From: a virus
Lineage: Duplodnaviria; Caudoviricetes
DNA length: 30,053 bases
Reading direction: 5' to 3' (one strand)
IMG/VR virus record: IMGVR_UViG_3300017912_003051
Coordinates: 1 to 30,053 of that record
Of this stretch, positions 1 to 10,900 are shown piece after piece (the stretch's first letter is position 1; each line of letters opens with the position of its first letter). Under the pieces are notes generated by a model, which saw only the letters and a list, made by a program, of their open reading frames with translations, did not search any database and was not told the origin of the DNA. The position numbers and the translations under genes are program-made.

Positions 1-762
1 CAAATCCATTAGTTCGTGTGATTTCATTTTATCCATTTTACCACGAAAACTTTTCATCTTTGGATGATTGTAAATAGCTATAATCTCTTTAGCAGTTTTA
101 CCATTCATCCTAGTACCTGATACAGTACCGTACTTATTTTTGTCTGCTAGATTCTGAATAGATTTTATTGTTTTTGATTCTTCATTTACTGATTCAGCTG
201 GATTCATAATGTAATCACGAGATTTACCGACGTAATCTTTAGCTAATGTAATCTTATCAGTCCACCAACTTGGTAGCGAGTCCTCATTGGATAAACCACG
301 TAAAGCATTAAGTGTATCCATAGCATCTTTCATAATCAGTTTGAGTTTTCTCTCAGCTGATGCTACGTCTGTGTGTCCGTCTTCATTTATCGATTCATTT
401 TTCTTCATGAACTTATCCTTTAATCTTTGGAATATACCCTTTGACTTTTTATGTAGTTTATGGTCTTTATCACGAAGTGGTGTGATAGCAGATACTTTTT
501 TACCCGTGTCAGGATTTTGTAACTGCATCATCGCCATAGCTGCTGCGGCTGATGCTGCAGGGTTTTCACTCATCAAATACTCTCTTACCTTGTTAGGTAA
601 ATCATCATGTTTAGTTGATGCAAAATCTTTAGTTGACTTTTTCTTCATTGATTTAGCTGCATCCTTTACCGCTTGACTGACTTGACTAGCTGGAACCTCA
701 CCCTTTTTGTAGGCGTGAACCAATCCCATAAATCTTTGTTGTGCTTTACTTACTGATGGCAT
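1..762 (-). CDS. Multi-module probable internal head protein with an N-terminal DUF3008-like module; runs off the left edge (partial)
   Basis: Absent from the ORF track. ATG at 762-760 overlaps the upstream stop (TAATG) and the frame is open to position 1. Translation begins MPSVSKAQQRFMGLVHAYKKGEV...KDFASTKHDDLP, resembling DUF3008 as I recall it. Further modules follow LMSE, SINE and SVNE. Confidence 0.8.
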   Translation of the reverse strand, partial: MPSVSKAQQRFMGLVHAYKKGEVPASQVSQAVKDAAKSMKKKSTKDFASTKHDDLPNKVREYLMSENPAASAAAAMAMMQLQNPDTGKKVSAITPLRDKDHKLHKKSKGIFQRLKDKFMKKNESINEDGHTDVASAERKLKLIMKDAMDTLNALRGLSNEDSLPSWWTDKITLAKDYVGKSRDYIMNPAESVNEESKTIKSIQNLADKNKYGTVSGTRMNGKTAKEIIAIYNHPKMKSFRGKMDKMKSHELMDL

Positions 763-1244
763 TATTCTTCTTCTTGTTTATCAGCTATCTTAATACTATC
801 TTTTCTGTTTATGATTTCCATAATATGAAGTTTTAGAAAGCTTGTATCCCTCTCAAAGTCATCATTAGTCATACCAGCGATACGACCTAATTGATAAGAT
901 ACTATATTGATTAAGTCCACACCCATGTTAATTGGGTCGTGGTCTAACTCTTCACCCCTAACTACCTGTTTTTCCATCTCAAAAAGGTGGTCAAGTTTTT
1001 TAGCTGAACTTACGATTAAATCCTGTGCATCGGTGTTATCAACATCCTTTACTAATCTTTGATAAAGTATTACGGCTGAACGACAAATATCAAAGTGTTC
1101 TGTCTGGTAATCCAAAATCTTTATATTTTCACCACCACCGAAATGGTCTGGCTCTTCTTGTTCTAACCTTAGTGTTGGTAATGGTTCACCAAACTTACGA
1201 CCAGTCCAATAATTTTCGTTCATTATGTTTTTTAACTTAATCAT
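762..1244 (-). CDS. Hypothetical phage protein, probable internal head protein
   Basis: 160 aa, translationally coupled to both neighbours. Starts with the 10-aa leader MIKLKNIMNE. Lies in the head gene cluster. Confidence 0.75.
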   Translation of the reverse strand: MIKLKNIMNENYWTGRKFGEPLPTLRLEQEEPDHFGGGENIKILDYQTEHFDICRSAVILYQRLVKDVDNTDAQDLIVSSAKKLDHLFEMEKQVVRGEELDHDPINMGVDLINIVSYQLGRIAGMTNDDFERDTSFLKLHIMEIINRKDSIKIADKQEEE

Positions 1245-1486
1245 TTTAATTTCTTTCTTAGTTTAATCATCTCTCTCATAAACTTCGTAACCGTGTCCTT
1301 GTAAACCTTTTTAATATCTTTTGCTAGTTTTACATTTTCAGGTCTAGCATCCCTCAAAAAAATCTGTTCTAACTTTAACATTCTCTCACGAAGTTTTGCT
1401 TCAGCTTTTACTAAACGTTGAACCTCTTTATCAGCAGGTCTCTGTTCTTCTGGCCCCTCGTTTAAAAAATCAACTAATTTAATCAC
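1241..1486 (-). CDS. Small helical protein, probable internal head protein
   Basis: 81 aa, GTG start overlapping the upstream TGA (GTGA). Starts with the 10-aa leader MIKLVDFLNE. Confidence 0.75.
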   Translation of the reverse strand: MIKLVDFLNEGPEEQRPADKEVQRLVKAEAKLRERMLKLEQIFLRDARPENVKLAKDIKKVYKDTVTKFMREMIKLRKKLK

Positions 1487-1749
1487 GTGTTTTTCCGTCT
1501 AAAATCAGATAGTTTTACTTGTAATTCAATAAAATTTCTTTTATACAATTTTTGTAGTTCTAATATTTCTTTCTTGTAGTCACCATCACGGTCTCTTGAT
1601 AAATCCTTTATGAGTGTTTTAATATTATCACCCACCCTTTTAAGATTCTTTTCGATTATGTTAAAATAGCTGTCGTAGCCTGATGGGATAGTTTCCTCAT
1701 GTAATCTCCACTCATTCCACTTTTTCCACATTTTTAAAGAGTCTTTCAT
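1483..1749 (-). CDS. Small helical hypothetical protein
   Basis: 88 aa, directly after the prohead protease stop, coiled-coil-like composition. Confidence 0.75.
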   Translation of the reverse strand: MKDSLKMWKKWNEWRLHEETIPSGYDSYFNIIEKNLKRVGDNIKTLIKDLSRDRDGDYKKEILELQKLYKRNFIELQVKLSDFRRKNT

Positions 1750-2358
1750 TTAGCCTCTCATTATATCGTTGATAATTGACTCAACCTTACAATATTCATC
1801 ACAACTTCTGTCTTGTGTTTTATCAACAGACTCATTTACTGGATACATAAATGCTCCGTGGGTTGATGGATTTGAAACAAAGTCAAAAGCTATAAGTTCA
1901 AAATCAGGTTGTACCTCTTGTGCTTCCGCACCATTCTCATTCACGGTCTCAACCGAACCCATACCACGTGAAGATATACCGAGTTTGATACCTGCTTTAA
2001 ATAACTCTTTTAAAATATTACCACTTGGTGTTGGTAATACCTCTACCTCACCCATAAGATTGTCACCCTCAAAGTGCATTTTTCTTACATTGTGAGAAAC
2101 GTTCTGTAGATTAACAACTGATGATTCTGGATGGTCTAACTCACCCATAGCTCTACGTTGATTTATAAACTCATCTGTATATTTTTTAGCTTCTCTTACC
2201 AAAATATCTTTTGGATATACACGTCCATTTTGATTTTTTGATTCAGCTCTTTGTAGTACACCACGAACAATAACTTTACCGCCGTTCTCTTTCATCGACT
2301 CGTTAATCTGGTCTGGTTCTACTTCAAATGGTAAGTAATCTACTAATAGTTTTTTCAC
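1750..2358 (-). CDS. Prohead (capsid maturation) protease, T4 gp21-like
   Basis: Motifs NQNGRVYP, GELDHP (catalytic His), GISSRGMGS (catalytic Ser) and FDFVSNPST. GGAG site before a GTG start. Downstream of the portal. Confidence 0.95.
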   Translation of the reverse strand: MKKLLVDYLPFEVEPDQINESMKENGGKVIVRGVLQRAESKNQNGRVYPKDILVREAKKYTDEFINQRRAMGELDHPESSVVNLQNVSHNVRKMHFEGDNLMGEVEVLPTPSGNILKELFKAGIKLGISSRGMGSVETVNENGAEAQEVQPDFELIAFDFVSNPSTHGAFMYPVNESVDKTQDRSCDEYCKVESIINDIMRG

Positions 2359-2369
2359 GATTGACTCCG

Positions 2370-2813
2370 TTAATATAGTTGGCCAACTTTGTTGGCTAGT
2401 TTTACTAATCTTTCACTAATTTTTTTCATCGCCGCGTGGGTTCTCTTCCAATATGTTTTGGAATCCACATTAAGTTCATTTTTAAGTCTTACATTTATCT
2501 TAACAAGTTTATCAAGTTCATTTAACTTATCACGAACTTCTCTCATAGATAAACCAATTTTTTGCTTAGCAGTCATTGATTCGTCATTACGATAGTTATG
2601 ATATTGTCCCTCATTCACTTTTGTATATCCACCAGCTTGTGTAATCTTTTTTTCCTTTTCTTTATCTTTTTTAGATTTAGGTTTAGATTGAAACATATAC
2701 GGAGTTTTTGGAGGCCCTGCTCCACCATCAAGATTACCCGTCATAGAAGCCTCTTCCATTTCTTTACGTATTAATCTTCTGATAATTTCTTTAATCTTGT
2801 CGTTTGTGGACAT
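2370..2813 (-). CDS. Hypothetical head-cluster protein
   Basis: 147 aa between portal and protease. Helical leader ending EMEE, a GGAGPPKTP module, then VNE and a helical C-terminus. Confidence 0.75.
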   Translation of the reverse strand: MSTNDKIKEIIRRLIRKEMEEASMTGNLDGGAGPPKTPYMFQSKPKSKKDKEKEKKITQAGGYTKVNEGQYHNYRNDESMTAKQKIGLSMREVRDKLNELDKLVKINVRLKNELNVDSKTYWKRTHAAMKKISERLVKLANKVGQLY

Positions 2814-3666
2814 TCTCTATCTCCTTGACCAATTCATAGTATCTCATTAAGGTTAAAACTTGCTTTTCTTCGATAACTATACCCTTTGTTAAATTTTCTA
2901 TCTGATTTACAGCCTCGTATAATTTTATTTTTGTTACCTTATCTTGTACTTTTGGTAGATGATATTGTAATACTTTCTTAACCTTACCAACCTCCTCATT
3001 AACAAACTGCCTCATTTGATTTGTATTACTAATATTATTAATATAATTTTTCAATAAACCTCTTTGGGACTCATCTAGCTTTTTATACTTTTTATTAAAT
3101 TTATCCACCAATATTTTATAGGTTAATAATCTTAAATCCTTATCTTTTTTAGAATATTCTCTCAAGACCTTATCACTGACCTTAGCTTTTTCTAAATTAT
3201 TATTCGTAATGTGTTCAAGCACAGTAAATTTAGAATTCATAACCTGTTCGGCATTATACTCATCTTGTGACGTTTCATTTTGAAACACGTTATATATGGA
3301 TGCTAATAATTTGTAATTAGGTATTCTACCATTGAAAAAATCTGTTGCGTTGTATGCTTCATTTATTTTTTTGATTAGATTATATTTTTCTGTTCTGATT
3401 TTAGAATTAGATATTCTTTTTCTTGAATTGAGGACTATTTCAAGTATGGTATTTGCCTTACTTTCTGTTTGTGCTCTCTTTTCAGTTAAAAGCTTATATA
3501 ATTGTAGCTCTTTACCTAATGATGTGTTTTGATTGAACGATTCTTTGACTATTTTTATAGCCTTTGAATCTACACCGTTTAACACGTCAACAGTGATTTG
3601 TCTGGTTAATAATTCATATAGAATACCAGTATTCTTTATTTTAGTGTGCTTTAATTTTTTGCCCAT
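2791..3666 (-). CDS. Hypothetical helical protein following the portal
   Basis: Long Lys-rich ORF. Start moved from 3681 to the ATG at 3666 (MGKKLKH) because GGAG lies 8 nt upstream of it. Confidence 0.8.
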   Translation of the reverse strand: MGKKLKHTKIKNTGILYELLTRQITVDVLNGVDSKAIKIVKESFNQNTSLGKELQLYKLLTEKRAQTESKANTILEIVLNSRKRISNSKIRTEKYNLIKKINEAYNATDFFNGRIPNYKLLASIYNVFQNETSQDEYNAEQVMNSKFTVLEHITNNNLEKAKVSDKVLREYSKKDKDLRLLTYKILVDKFNKKYKKLDESQRGLLKNYINNISNTNQMRQFVNEEVGKVKKVLQYHLPKVQDKVTKIKLYEAVNQIENLTKGIVIEEKQVLTLMRYYELVKEIENVHKRQD

Positions 3667-3702
3667 TACGAAAAGCTCCATTTAGTATATATATGGTTAA
3701 TT

Positions 3703-3709
3703 ATAAATA
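3703..3709 (-). promoter_or_regulatory. Putative phage promoter motif TATTTAT
   Basis: TA(T/A)TTAT recurs on the coding strand in each of the larger intergenic gaps of the window. Confidence 0.5.
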
Positions 3710-3724
3710 TAAAGTAAAGTGATT

Positions 3725-5539
3725 TTATTCATTTGTTAACGAATCAACTTCTTGATTATATTCATTTTCAAGTTCATTTGTCTCAGTCAAAATCTTGACC
3801 TCATTATCTAATTTCATAGATTTTTTTAATCTATCAAAGTGTGCTAGTGCCAGAGTAGCATTTGGTTTCGTTGCATTCTTTCTATCAACATTACCCAAAG
3901 GGTCTCTACCTCTTGCGCTGAAATCCTTACCATATTTAGGTATTTCTTTCGGACGACCAGCTCCCTCAAAACCACCCTCTGGCGCTCCACCCTTATCATC
4001 TAACTCATGTCCAGTTCTACCCATAGCCATATCAGATGGTGTACCTTGTGCTTCACCACTCTCTTGTGGGTCATTACCCTCATTTTCTATCTGAGAACGT
4101 CTAAATTTTTGTTTAAAGTCATCTATAATACCCTTATCTTCACTTTTAATTTCTTCGTCAGTGAAATTAAATATGTTTTTGTAAATCCACTCTGAAGATA
4201 ATAACCCATCTTGTATCATGGATGAAGCTAGTCTTGTTTTAGAATCCCATAATTCTATTTTTTCTTGCTCATATATTGTAGACGGACTTGTTAGTTTTAA
4301 ATCAAAGTTAATTAAATCTGAATCTTGATATCCTTGTGCATATAAGTGAACAATAGCTATTTTTGTCAACTCACTAATAGAAATCCTTTGTATTCTTTCT
4401 ATTGTTCTAGCAAATCTGACATCCTCAGCTGCTAATGTCGCTTTGGAACCAACATTTTCTTCAAAACCTAAGAAAGCTTTTGGAATTCTCAATGATGATA
4501 ATAGTTTATTTTTTAAATACTCTATATCCTCTGTAGCTTCATATGTTAAACCTGGTAAAGAATCAATGCTTGTACCACTATCACCACCTCTTACTGGTAG
4601 GAAAAAATCCTCGGTGATATTTTGCATATTATAACGTAGGTTGTAATCACCTGTGGTCTCATCGATTATCGGAGTCTTTTTCATTTTATTGATAACTTGT
4701 TGCATGTAGTTATCAACTTCTGCTGGTGGAATATTACCAATGTCTAATTTAAATACCCTTTTTTCTGGCGCTCTCATTATACGATGAATTAACATAGCAT
4801 CTTCCATAAGGGTCAATTGTTTAAATATCTTTCTTGCACCCTCAATCTGAGATTTACCATAGGGTAAATAATTAGAGTCAGATAATAACCTAAAGTGGGC
4901 TACTTGAAAGTTTTCTAACTCTTCCTTGACGGCTGAATCTTGTCTCTTGTATCTTGAGGCCTGACTACTTGATTCAATTACAAATTTTACAAACTCAGGA
5001 TTTTCAGGGTCTAACCCTTCTAATCTTGATACGTCATAAACTGGTAAAGGAACAACGTTAGTGATACCATACTTTTCATCAATTTCAAGTTTCAAAAAGA
5101 AATCACCATACTTACACATATTACGAATCCATGGCCATAGGTTAAATTCTATGTTGAGTATATCATAAAAAAGATTGTGTAGAATTTTTTTGATTTGGTC
5201 ATTGTCAGAGTTGATTGTTAAAACTTCACCATACTCTGATTTCATTGTGGATTCGTCTGAGTAAATATCTAAAGCGGAGGATATTATCGCATCAGCGTCC
5301 ATGGCTTCATAATCTTGAAATAAATTTAATCTCATAGATTTTGTTGTTAGTGAGTCCGAATACCCACTCATACCTGCACCAGCATATATTTTTTGATACC
5401 TATCTACCAAATTACTTCTTGAATATGCTTGTGTCCTACTTGTGTCTGCAACACGTAGTTTTTTTCCACCGACGTTTCTTACTATGACGTTAGTAGAAAA
5501 TAATCTTTGTAATCTTCCAAATAAGCTTGTATCAGCCAT
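3725..5539 (-). CDS. Portal protein, T4 gp20-like
   Basis: 604 aa with QLTLMEDAMLIHRIMRAPEKRVFKLDIGN and EDFFLPVRGG, typical of gp20. Directly follows the terminase. Confidence 0.95.
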   Translation of the reverse strand: MADTSLFGRLQRLFSTNVIVRNVGGKKLRVADTSRTQAYSRSNLVDRYQKIYAGAGMSGYSDSLTTKSMRLNLFQDYEAMDADAIISSALDIYSDESTMKSEYGEVLTINSDNDQIKKILHNLFYDILNIEFNLWPWIRNMCKYGDFFLKLEIDEKYGITNVVPLPVYDVSRLEGLDPENPEFVKFVIESSSQASRYKRQDSAVKEELENFQVAHFRLLSDSNYLPYGKSQIEGARKIFKQLTLMEDAMLIHRIMRAPEKRVFKLDIGNIPPAEVDNYMQQVINKMKKTPIIDETTGDYNLRYNMQNITEDFFLPVRGGDSGTSIDSLPGLTYEATEDIEYLKNKLLSSLRIPKAFLGFEENVGSKATLAAEDVRFARTIERIQRISISELTKIAIVHLYAQGYQDSDLINFDLKLTSPSTIYEQEKIELWDSKTRLASSMIQDGLLSSEWIYKNIFNFTDEEIKSEDKGIIDDFKQKFRRSQIENEGNDPQESGEAQGTPSDMAMGRTGHELDDKGGAPEGGFEGAGRPKEIPKYGKDFSARGRDPLGNVDRKNATKPNATLALAHFDRLKKSMKLDNEVKILTETNELENEYNQEVDSLTNE

Positions 5540-5547
5540 TTTTTACC

Positions 5548-7131
5548 TCACTTAATTAACCAATCCAATGACTCTTGTTGTTTACCAACTTTCCACTCCC
5601 AAGAATCATTTTTTTGGATATCATTTGTATAAATACCTTTATGTGAATTTATACTTGTTATTGCTGTTTTTTGTAATTCTATTCCCTCTGCTCTTAATCG
5701 TAGCGCAGTCTCTCTTATCCAAAGTCCCATGGAGAAAGACATCACCAAGTCATCATTATATCCTCTCATCGCTTCGGCTCTATTTCCGTTATATATAAAT
5801 ACAAACAACTCGTCAATTAATCGTTGAGAATGAACTATCACAGATTTTTCTCTAAAAAACTCCTCTAACTTCGCTATTACTAAGGGTCTTGTTTTCGATG
5901 TCAGCGTAAAACCAGGCACTAAACCCTTTTCCATTCTATTGATTTTATTATTGACTTGTCTATGTACATCAACTACCTGTAAATCTTTACTCATATAAAA
6001 TAAGTTTTCATATCCTCTATCTATAACTTGTTGTATCGTAGCCCAACCAATATTGTTATTTTCAATGACTAACAATGCGTTATTATATTCTGTTGAGATG
6101 TTCACCAATAAATTACCATAATCTCTTGTGGACATCCTACCTTTATATTCGGCTACCTGTTCTAAAGATTCAATATCCAATACATGAAAAGCTGAGTAGT
6201 CAGTCGAATCTCCACGACTTACGTCCGCACACACTATGTAATCTTTTGTATAGTTAGGTGGTTGCCAAATCCAAACGTTACTATCCACTCCTCTTTTTTC
6301 TATTGGTTCTTGTAAATGTTTTTGTCTATACTCCTCTAATATGATACCATCAACGACCGATTGACCAGATGTTATAAAGTCACAATCACACTCTTGAGCA
6401 GCCAATGATGGGCCGAGTAACTTAGTTTGTTCATCTCTCCATTCCTCTCCTCTATCTGGATGTACAGTCCAATGTAGTCTAGTAAAGTTAAAATCATTTA
6501 GACCATCTTCAGCATCCATCCACGTCCTATGAAACCAATTACCCACACCATTAGGCGTTGATAAAGCTATACATTGTCCACCAGTCGATAAGGTCTGTGA
6601 TGCGGCGGCCCATATACCATCAATCTTTTCTATAAACGCTGCTTCGTCAAGTACGAGTAAAGACAATGCTTCCGACCTACCAGAATCTTCACCACTTGAC
6701 ACAGCTTTTATCTGTGAACCATTCGTATAACGAAGACTAAGTTTGTTATCTTCAACACATCTTTGTTTTAACCAACCAGGCAAACCAGCGTGCATGACCC
6801 TTACTTTTGTTACCAAATTTTTTGCTACCTCTTGTTTTGTAGCTATAACTAAAATATTTTTATCTTGATGAAAAGTCATCATCCATAAAGAATATCCAGC
6901 GGTCAAAGTTGATATACCTAATTGTCTTGCTTTTAAAATAATATTAAATCTATTAGTAACAAAGTCACTAACTGTTTTTTCTTGAAAGTCATAAAGATGA
7001 AATGGTATTTTACCCTTTATAGGATGTTGTATGAAACAATACTTTTTTAAAAAATAAACCGGGTCAGAAGCACACTTTACGTACTCTGTTTTTATTACTT
7101 CTTTTAACTGACCTTGTTTGTTTCTTTCCAT
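5548..7131 (-). CDS. terL: Terminase large subunit, T4 gp17-like
   Basis: Adenine-binding LYDFQ, Walker A-region KARQLGIST, Walker B LLVLDEAAF, coupling motif STPNG, and RNase H-like nuclease motifs CADVSRG, IENN and DDLVMS. Confidence 0.95.
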   Translation of the reverse strand: MERNKQGQLKEVIKTEYVKCASDPVYFLKKYCFIQHPIKGKIPFHLYDFQEKTVSDFVTNRFNIILKARQLGISTLTAGYSLWMMTFHQDKNILVIATKQEVAKNLVTKVRVMHAGLPGWLKQRCVEDNKLSLRYTNGSQIKAVSSGEDSGRSEALSLLVLDEAAFIEKIDGIWAAASQTLSTGGQCIALSTPNGVGNWFHRTWMDAEDGLNDFNFTRLHWTVHPDRGEEWRDEQTKLLGPSLAAQECDCDFITSGQSVVDGIILEEYRQKHLQEPIEKRGVDSNVWIWQPPNYTKDYIVCADVSRGDSTDYSAFHVLDIESLEQVAEYKGRMSTRDYGNLLVNISTEYNNALLVIENNNIGWATIQQVIDRGYENLFYMSKDLQVVDVHRQVNNKINRMEKGLVPGFTLTSKTRPLVIAKLEEFFREKSVIVHSQRLIDELFVFIYNGNRAEAMRGYNDDLVMSFSMGLWIRETALRLRAEGIELQKTAITSINSHKGIYTNDIQKNDSWEWKVGKQQESLDWLIK

Positions 7132-7397
7132 TATTCCTTAGTGGGATATTTTAATCCCACCCTTTCCATGATATCATTTAAGGTGTATGTCCCCATTATC
7201 TCACATAAATCGATTTCAGAAAATATATCAGACTTCAAAACATCAGTATACAATTTGTCAAAATCATCGGCTATCGCATAGCCAGAACCAGTTTCTTCAG
7301 CGTAATCAGATGCTATATCTCTTAGGTCTTCTATAAGCTCAATAAGTTTTATAATTTTTTTACCACTTATTATATATGACCTATCGCTTTCTAACAT
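7131..7397 (-). CDS. Small acidic hypothetical protein
   Basis: 88 aa, coupled to terL through TAATG. Confidence 0.7.
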   Translation of the reverse strand: MLESDRSYIISGKKIIKLIELIEDLRDIASDYAEETGSGYAIADDFDKLYTDVLKSDIFSEIDLCEIMGTYTLNDIMERVGLKYPTKE

Positions 7398-7398
7398 A

Positions 7399-7920
7399 TT
7401 ACTTTAATTCTTTTTCTAGCTCGTTCAGATATTCTAATGCTTCCTCTGCTTTTTTATCTAATTCTTGACTATCGTTAGTCCATTTTTCTTTTAATAGTTG
7501 TTGGCCATCTGGATTAATCTGATTGTATACCGATGGTGCTTTTTGATTTCTCCAAGCCTCAATCGATTCTCTTTGTTCTTTAATCCAAGCTATCTTATTT
7601 TCTTTTTCTTTATTTTTTATCCAATCATCATATGTACCATTTACCCTCATCTTGTGTTCTTCTTGAATTTGACACTCAAAGCAATGATTATATAAAAGCC
7701 ACATCTTATTATCTAACCTTTTTTTCATGACCTTTTTACAACTTGGACAAAACCAAGGCATTCTGGCCTCTTTCATAATATCAGATAATCTATCTATCTG
7801 GTCTCCACTTTTCTCTTCCTTTTTATCGAAACCAACCATTACCCTTTTTTCAGGTGTCTCACCTCTTAAAATAGCCTGCATAGCCTTGTTTTGTCTTACT
7901 TCTTCTTTACTTCTTGCCAT
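7399..7920 (-). CDS. Zinc-finger-containing hypothetical protein
   Basis: 173 aa with CPSC...HCFEC. GAGG site upstream. Two genes before terL. Confidence 0.8.
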   Translation of the reverse strand: MARSKEEVRQNKAMQAILRGETPEKRVMVGFDKKEEKSGDQIDRLSDIMKEARMPWFCPSCKKVMKKRLDNKMWLLYNHCFECQIQEEHKMRVNGTYDDWIKNKEKENKIAWIKEQRESIEAWRNQKAPSVYNQINPDGQQLLKEKWTNDSQELDKKAEEALEYLNELEKELK

Positions 7921-7929
7921 TTGTAACCT

Positions 7930-10900
7930 CTAAAAGTTTAATAATCCTAATATTTGATTTACTGGTGCGAATGCGCCTGTAAATTTATAAGTCTTTCCTT
8001 TGTATTTAAAAACAATTCCCTCGGTAGGTACTATTGATGATAATCCACCTATCTTTTCTAACTTACTTAATTGTAGTTTAAGTGTCTCTATCTTTTTTAT
8101 ATCACCACCAGCTTTTATTGTCTTGATTGCACTAATTACATCTTTTCTAATTTTTTGCACTGCTTTATCTGGCGATGCTACCAAATAGCCACTTATATTT
8201 TTTAGAATTTCAGAACCGACATCAAAGAACAATACTTCAAATGGTTTCATATTATCCTTAATATATTTTTTATGGTCTGTTTTATCGAATGATAAAGCCC
8301 AATCTAAAAACTTTTCATTATCAATCTCTTTTCTCATTTGTTGAACTGAATATGATTTATCTAAGAAAGCCCATCTTTTGGTTAGATTTACCAAAATTTT
8401 ATTTGGTATCTTATACCTATATTGTTTAGCCGCATTAAAGATAAACTCTATCCAAAACTTTTGATGATATAGAGATAGAGTATCATTGTCTTTTAAAGCG
8501 TATTGTCTTTTTAATTTATCTAATCTTGCCAAGTATGTTTTTTTCTTTGTACCGAAATTTTGTGTCTTTGGTACGTTTAAGAATAAGGGTTTACCTATTT
8601 TAAAATGCTTTTGTATATTCTGATTGACTTGTTTTATCATACCAGCCAACATTCTAGCAGAGTCTTTTGGTTGTCCAATAGCCTTACCACTTTCATCGTA
8701 TTCCAAAGTGCCATGAAAAATAATTTCAGATTTATCATAATCTATCACATTAGCCGATGCTGGATATATAACCTCTAAGTTCATCCACCTCTTACCATTA
8801 CCGAAAACTTTTTCTTTTTGTGCGTCAGTTAATTTTCCAACTGCTTTACTTAGGTCTTTCATAGCGAAAACAAAAGCATTTTTGATGTCCCCTCTACCTG
8901 CAAATTTAGAGGCTACACCAGCTGTGTCCATAGCAGTCGCACCATAATTTTTCAACTGACCTTTATTTCTAGCGGTGACCAATTTACCATTGACCCACGA
9001 AATCATAAGATTTTGTCCATCTAATTTTTCTGTAACGTTATCTTCCCTATTTAGTTCACCACCGAGTCCATTAATAATTATCTGCTTTAAATCTGAAAAC
9101 TTAAGATTTTTATCATCAAACGGATGATTCATGTGTCCATAAGCACCACCCTCTATTATAAGTTGAACTTCCTCTTTTAAATCTAATTTATCAAGTTCGG
9201 TATTAGCCACGTTGTCCTTTCCAACACCACCAACAACGGGAGTCTCTACTTCTACACCTGTATATGACTTTCCATCAGGCGTAATACCCATCCACTTGAT
9301 TAGTTCATACCCAAGATTTCTTAAAACCACATCATTTATGTAAGCCTTATATGAGTCTATCGGACTATCCACACCAAACCTTGAACCATAGTCACCAGTT
9401 TGTGAATGACCATATGCTACAGCAGGCACAGTGCTATAACTTAGGGTATAATCATAATCTGGATTGATAGCGTGTCTTGATAAAATATAATTTATCACTT
9501 CCCAACCTTGACCAGCGTACATATCATCCAACCATTGTTTTGAATATTTTTTGTAATCTGCGAATCCTCTGTGAAATGTTGGTGGCCCATCATCCGTAGG
9601 AGATAACGCGGTCATGCTTCCCTCTGATATAATATCACTTATGTCTTTACTGACTAAAAAACTATCAATAGACTCAAATAGTTTTTTGAATTTGTTAGTC
9701 ATCATATTATAGATACCATTATCAAAATACCCAAAAGCTTGTTTAAATAATTTTTTTCTATCCGCTTCGTAATTAGGTGAACCCAACAATTGTCTCATTA
9801 CCGTACCGCTGACCTCATTACCAGCTACTTTTACCGATTGATGTGGTGCTGTAAGAACGTATCCGTTTTCCTCATAACCCTTGAAATTATCCTTATTCTT
9901 TTTGTAATCTTGAAAATATTTCCCACCTTTTAATCTACCAGCATCCTTAGCCCCAAAAATGTAGACCACGGCGGTGGTGTCTTTATCATATTTTTTTAAA
10001 ACGTTTTTAGCCACATAGGGTGATTTTTCTTGAATGATACGATTTTTTGGAATACCCATCTTGACCATGTGTCTTACCTTTTCCTTAAAATCCATTGGGT
10101 GTCTTGGTGGTTGTTTAATATTTGATGTGGTTATATATGCATCATCTACCCTTGCCTTCAACCACTCATAAGTTTTTTTGTGATGTGGGCCAAATGGTTG
10201 GAATCTGCCACCATAGATACCAACTACTTTTTTTATCTGTTTTTGTTCTTTTATTTTTTCGTAACCGCTACCATAGGGGACTGAGCTATGTCCTTTTTTT
10301 TTCATCTTCTTTACGAGTTTTCTACTTGGTGATGGGATTGTTCCGTCAAAACTAAAGGTCTCTGTCTTACCTGTATCAGTTTTAAAAAAAGGCCCTCTTC
10401 TAAGCGTTCTAAACCTAACAGGTACCTCTTGTCCAAATAATTTTTTAGGTGCTAAAATTCTGAGTGTAACTAATTCTTTAGGATTATCTACTTTAATTAC
10501 TTCAAACTCTATCTCTTTATATCTTTTACCTTGATGTTTCAGATTCTTACCAGTAATAAATTTTTCTATCTTGTTACCTCTAACAGCAAATGCCTCTTTA
10601 ATACCTTGTTTTCTAAGTAGTTTTTCTTTTCTCATCCAACTTTTTGCATTTTTATTTTTTATCGGTTTTTTAATAAACCTCGCGATACCTTTTTTAACCA
10701 ACATCTCAAACTTTTTCTGTGAGGCTTTCTCATCTAAAAACTTTGAGTTATCAACTATAAGAAAGTTACCTTTAAAGAGTGATTGAAACTTACCAAGATT
10801 AGCTTGAACATCCTTCCAAGAATCACTAACAATGTTCTTTGGTAAGACCCTATCCCTTTCTTGATTACGCTTTTGTGCGACATCTAAAGACGTATTTACA

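Noticed and set aside
3702-3709. Exact T4 late promoter TATAAATA on the + strand
   Set aside because: It points against all local genes. It is better read as the minus-strand TATTTAT motif.
1241-5550. Genome-wide TGA reassignment as the explanation for the TGA at 28801
   Set aside because: TGA is an ordinary stop at 1241, 1483 and 5548, each overlapping the next start or RBS. Trp is encoded by TGG, and the long genes are intact under code 11.
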